Assembly (NCBI GenBank): GCA_963456805.1 | Contig: CAUOMQ010000001.1 | Location: 3,699 to 67,698, forward strand | Source of the DNA: an uncultured Neisseria sp. | Lineage (GTDB): Bacteria > Pseudomonadota > Gammaproteobacteria > Burkholderiales > Neisseriaceae | Direction: 5' to 3' | DNA length: 64,000 nucleotides | Shown here: one piece after another, positions 62,507 to 64,000 of the stretch | How the letters are laid out: each line of letters opens with the position of its first letter | How positions within the stretch are numbered: position 1 is the stretch's first letter | Translations under genes and position numbers: made by a program | Notes under the pieces: generated by a model | What the model saw: only the letters and a program-made list of their open reading frames with translations | Database searches by the model: none | Told to the model about the DNA's origin: nothing

Positions 62507-62584
62507 TTGGCGCACCCGGAGCGATTCGAACGCCCGACCCTCTGGTTCGTAGCCAGATACTCTATCCAACTGAGCTACGGGTGC
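62507..62584 (-). tRNA. tRNA-Arg (anticodon ACG); ends +/-1 nt
   Basis: The reverse complement is GCACCCGTAGCTCAGTTGGATAGAGTATCTGGCTACGAACCAGAGGGTCGGGCGTTCGAATCGC..CCGGGTGCGCCA. The anticodon loop is CTACGAA. Confidence 0.8.
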
Positions 62585-62715
62585 ATTTTCATCACTTCGC
62601 GACTGCGTCGTGAATCAAGAAGACCGAATAATATACAAGCTGTTGATGGCTGTCCAGTATTTTCTGGATAAAAATATTTATAATAAAATAACAATATGAA
62701 AATAAAGGATATTAA

Positions 62716-64000
62716 TTATCGTAAAATGCCTACTCCCGATAAATCTTGCGCCATTTTTGCGGCGGCGTTGTCTGTCATACCGCCAACGAAATCTAAGATT
62801 TTCATGTAGGCGCGATACAGACTGTCGGTTTCTTGGATGGGGTCGTGGTTTTTTAACAGATCAAGCGCGAGGGATTGGCGCACATCGACCTGTTTTTGCG
62901 CAATCATGGCGTATGCGGCGGGAACCAATAAATCCAAAATGGAACCGAGACACGGGAAAGTGGCGATTTCGGTCATGAGTTTGGTGCTGTGGCGGAAAAT
63001 GCGCGTGCGGGCAAGTTCTTTCGCTTTTTCCAAGGTGTTTTGAACCTGCGGGCTGCACAACGCCAATAAGTCTTTGCCTTTGAAGTTGCCGTTTAGCAGG
63101 TCGGATTGGTGCATCATGAAGGTTTGGGCGACGTCTTCTATCGCTTTGCCGATGGCGATGCCGCGCAACATGGCGCAACGCTGGCGGCTGGATTGCGCGT
63201 GCCAAGTGCTTTCTTCAAAAGTGAGTTCGGATAATACGCTTTCGATTTCAGCGTCGCTCAGCAAATCCAGTTCGACCGCGTCTTCCAAGTCTAAGAGGGC
63301 GTAGCAGATGTCGTCGGCTGCTTCCATCAGGTAGGAAAGGGGATGGCGTACCCAGCAGTCTTTGCCTGATTCAATCAGCCCCAATTCGTCGGCAACGCGG
63401 CGGATGAAGGGTAATTCGGTTTGGTAAATATTGAATTTTTTTCTTCCGTTGGGGTGTTGCGTGGTCCAAGGGTATTTCAGCAGTGCGCCTATGGCGGCGG
63501 ACGTCAGGCGCATGCCGCCTGCGTCGGGATACATTTCCAAACTTGCCGTGATGCGCAGGCTGTGGGCATTGCCTTCATAGGTTTGGATGTCGTTGCGTTC
63601 GGCGTCGTTTAATGTCTGTAAAAACGGCTGGTTTTTAGGATTGCGGAACCAGTCGCGCAATGCGTCTTCTCCGGTGTGTCCGAACGGCGGGTTGCCTAGG
63701 TCGTGCGCAAGGCAGGCGACTTGGACGACGGCGCCGATATCGCTCGGCGTATTGTTTTCCGGTAAAAAGCCGCCTGCCTGCAGCATCACGCCTACGCGGT
63801 TGCCGATACTGCGCCCGACGCTGGCGACTTCGACGCTGTGTGTGAGGCGGTTGTGGGTCAGGTCGTGTTCGGCTAGAGGATGGACTTGGGTTTTACGTCC
63901 CAATCTGCGGAATGCGCCGGAGAACACGACGCGGTCGTAGTCGATATGGAAGTCGGTGCGCAAAGCGTCGGCACCTTCTTGGGTGGAAGGCGTGACGGTC
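62716..64000 (-). CDS. dgt: dGTPase-like HD-domain triphosphohydrolase (5' end beyond window)
   Basis: ..FRRLGRKTQV...NRLTHSVEV...HDLGNPPFGH.. . The track start 63963 is a TTG inside a frame that stays open to the window edge. Confidence 0.8.
   Translation of the reverse strand, partial: TVTPSTQEGADALRTDFHIDYDRVVFSGAFRRLGRKTQVHPLAEHDLTHNRLTHSVEVASVGRSIGNRVGVMLQAGGFLPENNTPSDIGAVVQVACLAHDLGNPPFGHTGEDALRDWFRNPKNQPFLQTLNDAERNDIQTYEGNAHSLRITASLEMYPDAGGMRLTSAAIGALLKYPWTTQHPNGRKKFNIYQTELPFIRRVADELGLIESGKDCWVRHPLSYLMEAADDICYALLDLEDAVELDLLSDAEIESVLSELTFEESTWHAQSSRQRCAMLRGIAIGKAIEDVAQTFMMHQSDLLNGNFKGKDLLALCSPQVQNTLEKAKELARTRIFRHSTKLMTEIATFPCLGSILDLLVPAAYAMIAQKQVDVRQSLALDLLKNHDPIQETDSLYRAYMKILDFVGGMTDNAAAKMAQDLSGVGILR

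Overview
This is a Neisseria-type chromosome segment. It is dense in 12-mer DNA uptake sequences, mostly the AGGTCGTCTGAA dialect that I associate with the N. mucosa/sicca group. From left to right the window holds: the 3' end of mgtE; the methylcitrate-cycle propionate island prpB-prpC-DMT transporter-acnD-prpF-ackA; a NIME/dRS3 element; and a 3x tandem ~270 bp composite repeat. Next comes a Slam-type outer-membrane translocator beside a TbpB/fHbp-like barrel protein that has no lipobox and carries 165-bp tandem repeats. A Mu-like transposable prophage of about 40.9 kb follows (about 14.39-55.25 kb). To its right lie aspS, an Ivy-like lysozyme inhibitor, a DUF502 protein, pldA, rpsT, a PotD/F-like binding protein, a Correia element, tRNA-Glu, tRNA-Arg and a dGTPase gene cut by the window edge. 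The prophage has a c/ner switch, DDE transposase A with AAA+ B, HU, GemA, Mor, a full contractile tail and baseplate, two receptor-binding modules, and com plus a Dam-type methylase. The strongest candidates for new biology are all in the prophage. (1) A visibly AT-rich, DUS-free three-gene operon (46280-47855) plus a lipoprotein gene lies downstream of the repressor gene, closed off by a strong terminator. None of its proteins has a motif I recognise, so it is a candidate exclusion or defence module. (2) The lys-to-G late operon is detached from gene I and inverted relative to Mu, and a 38-nt sequence occurs in direct rather than inverted orientation at both prophage borders. (3) A four-copy leader module (TTAAAAG, an uptake sequence, then a terminator-like hairpin) sits upstream of late genes. 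In three copies the hairpin's 3' arm hides the SD and the start codon follows within 6 nt of the stem. (4) A 24-bp perfect palindrome is repeated three times just 5' of ribosome-binding sites. (5) A reverse-oriented membrane-protein moron with its own promoter and terminator sits in the tail operon. All functional calls rest on motif and synteny recognition from memory; no searches were run.
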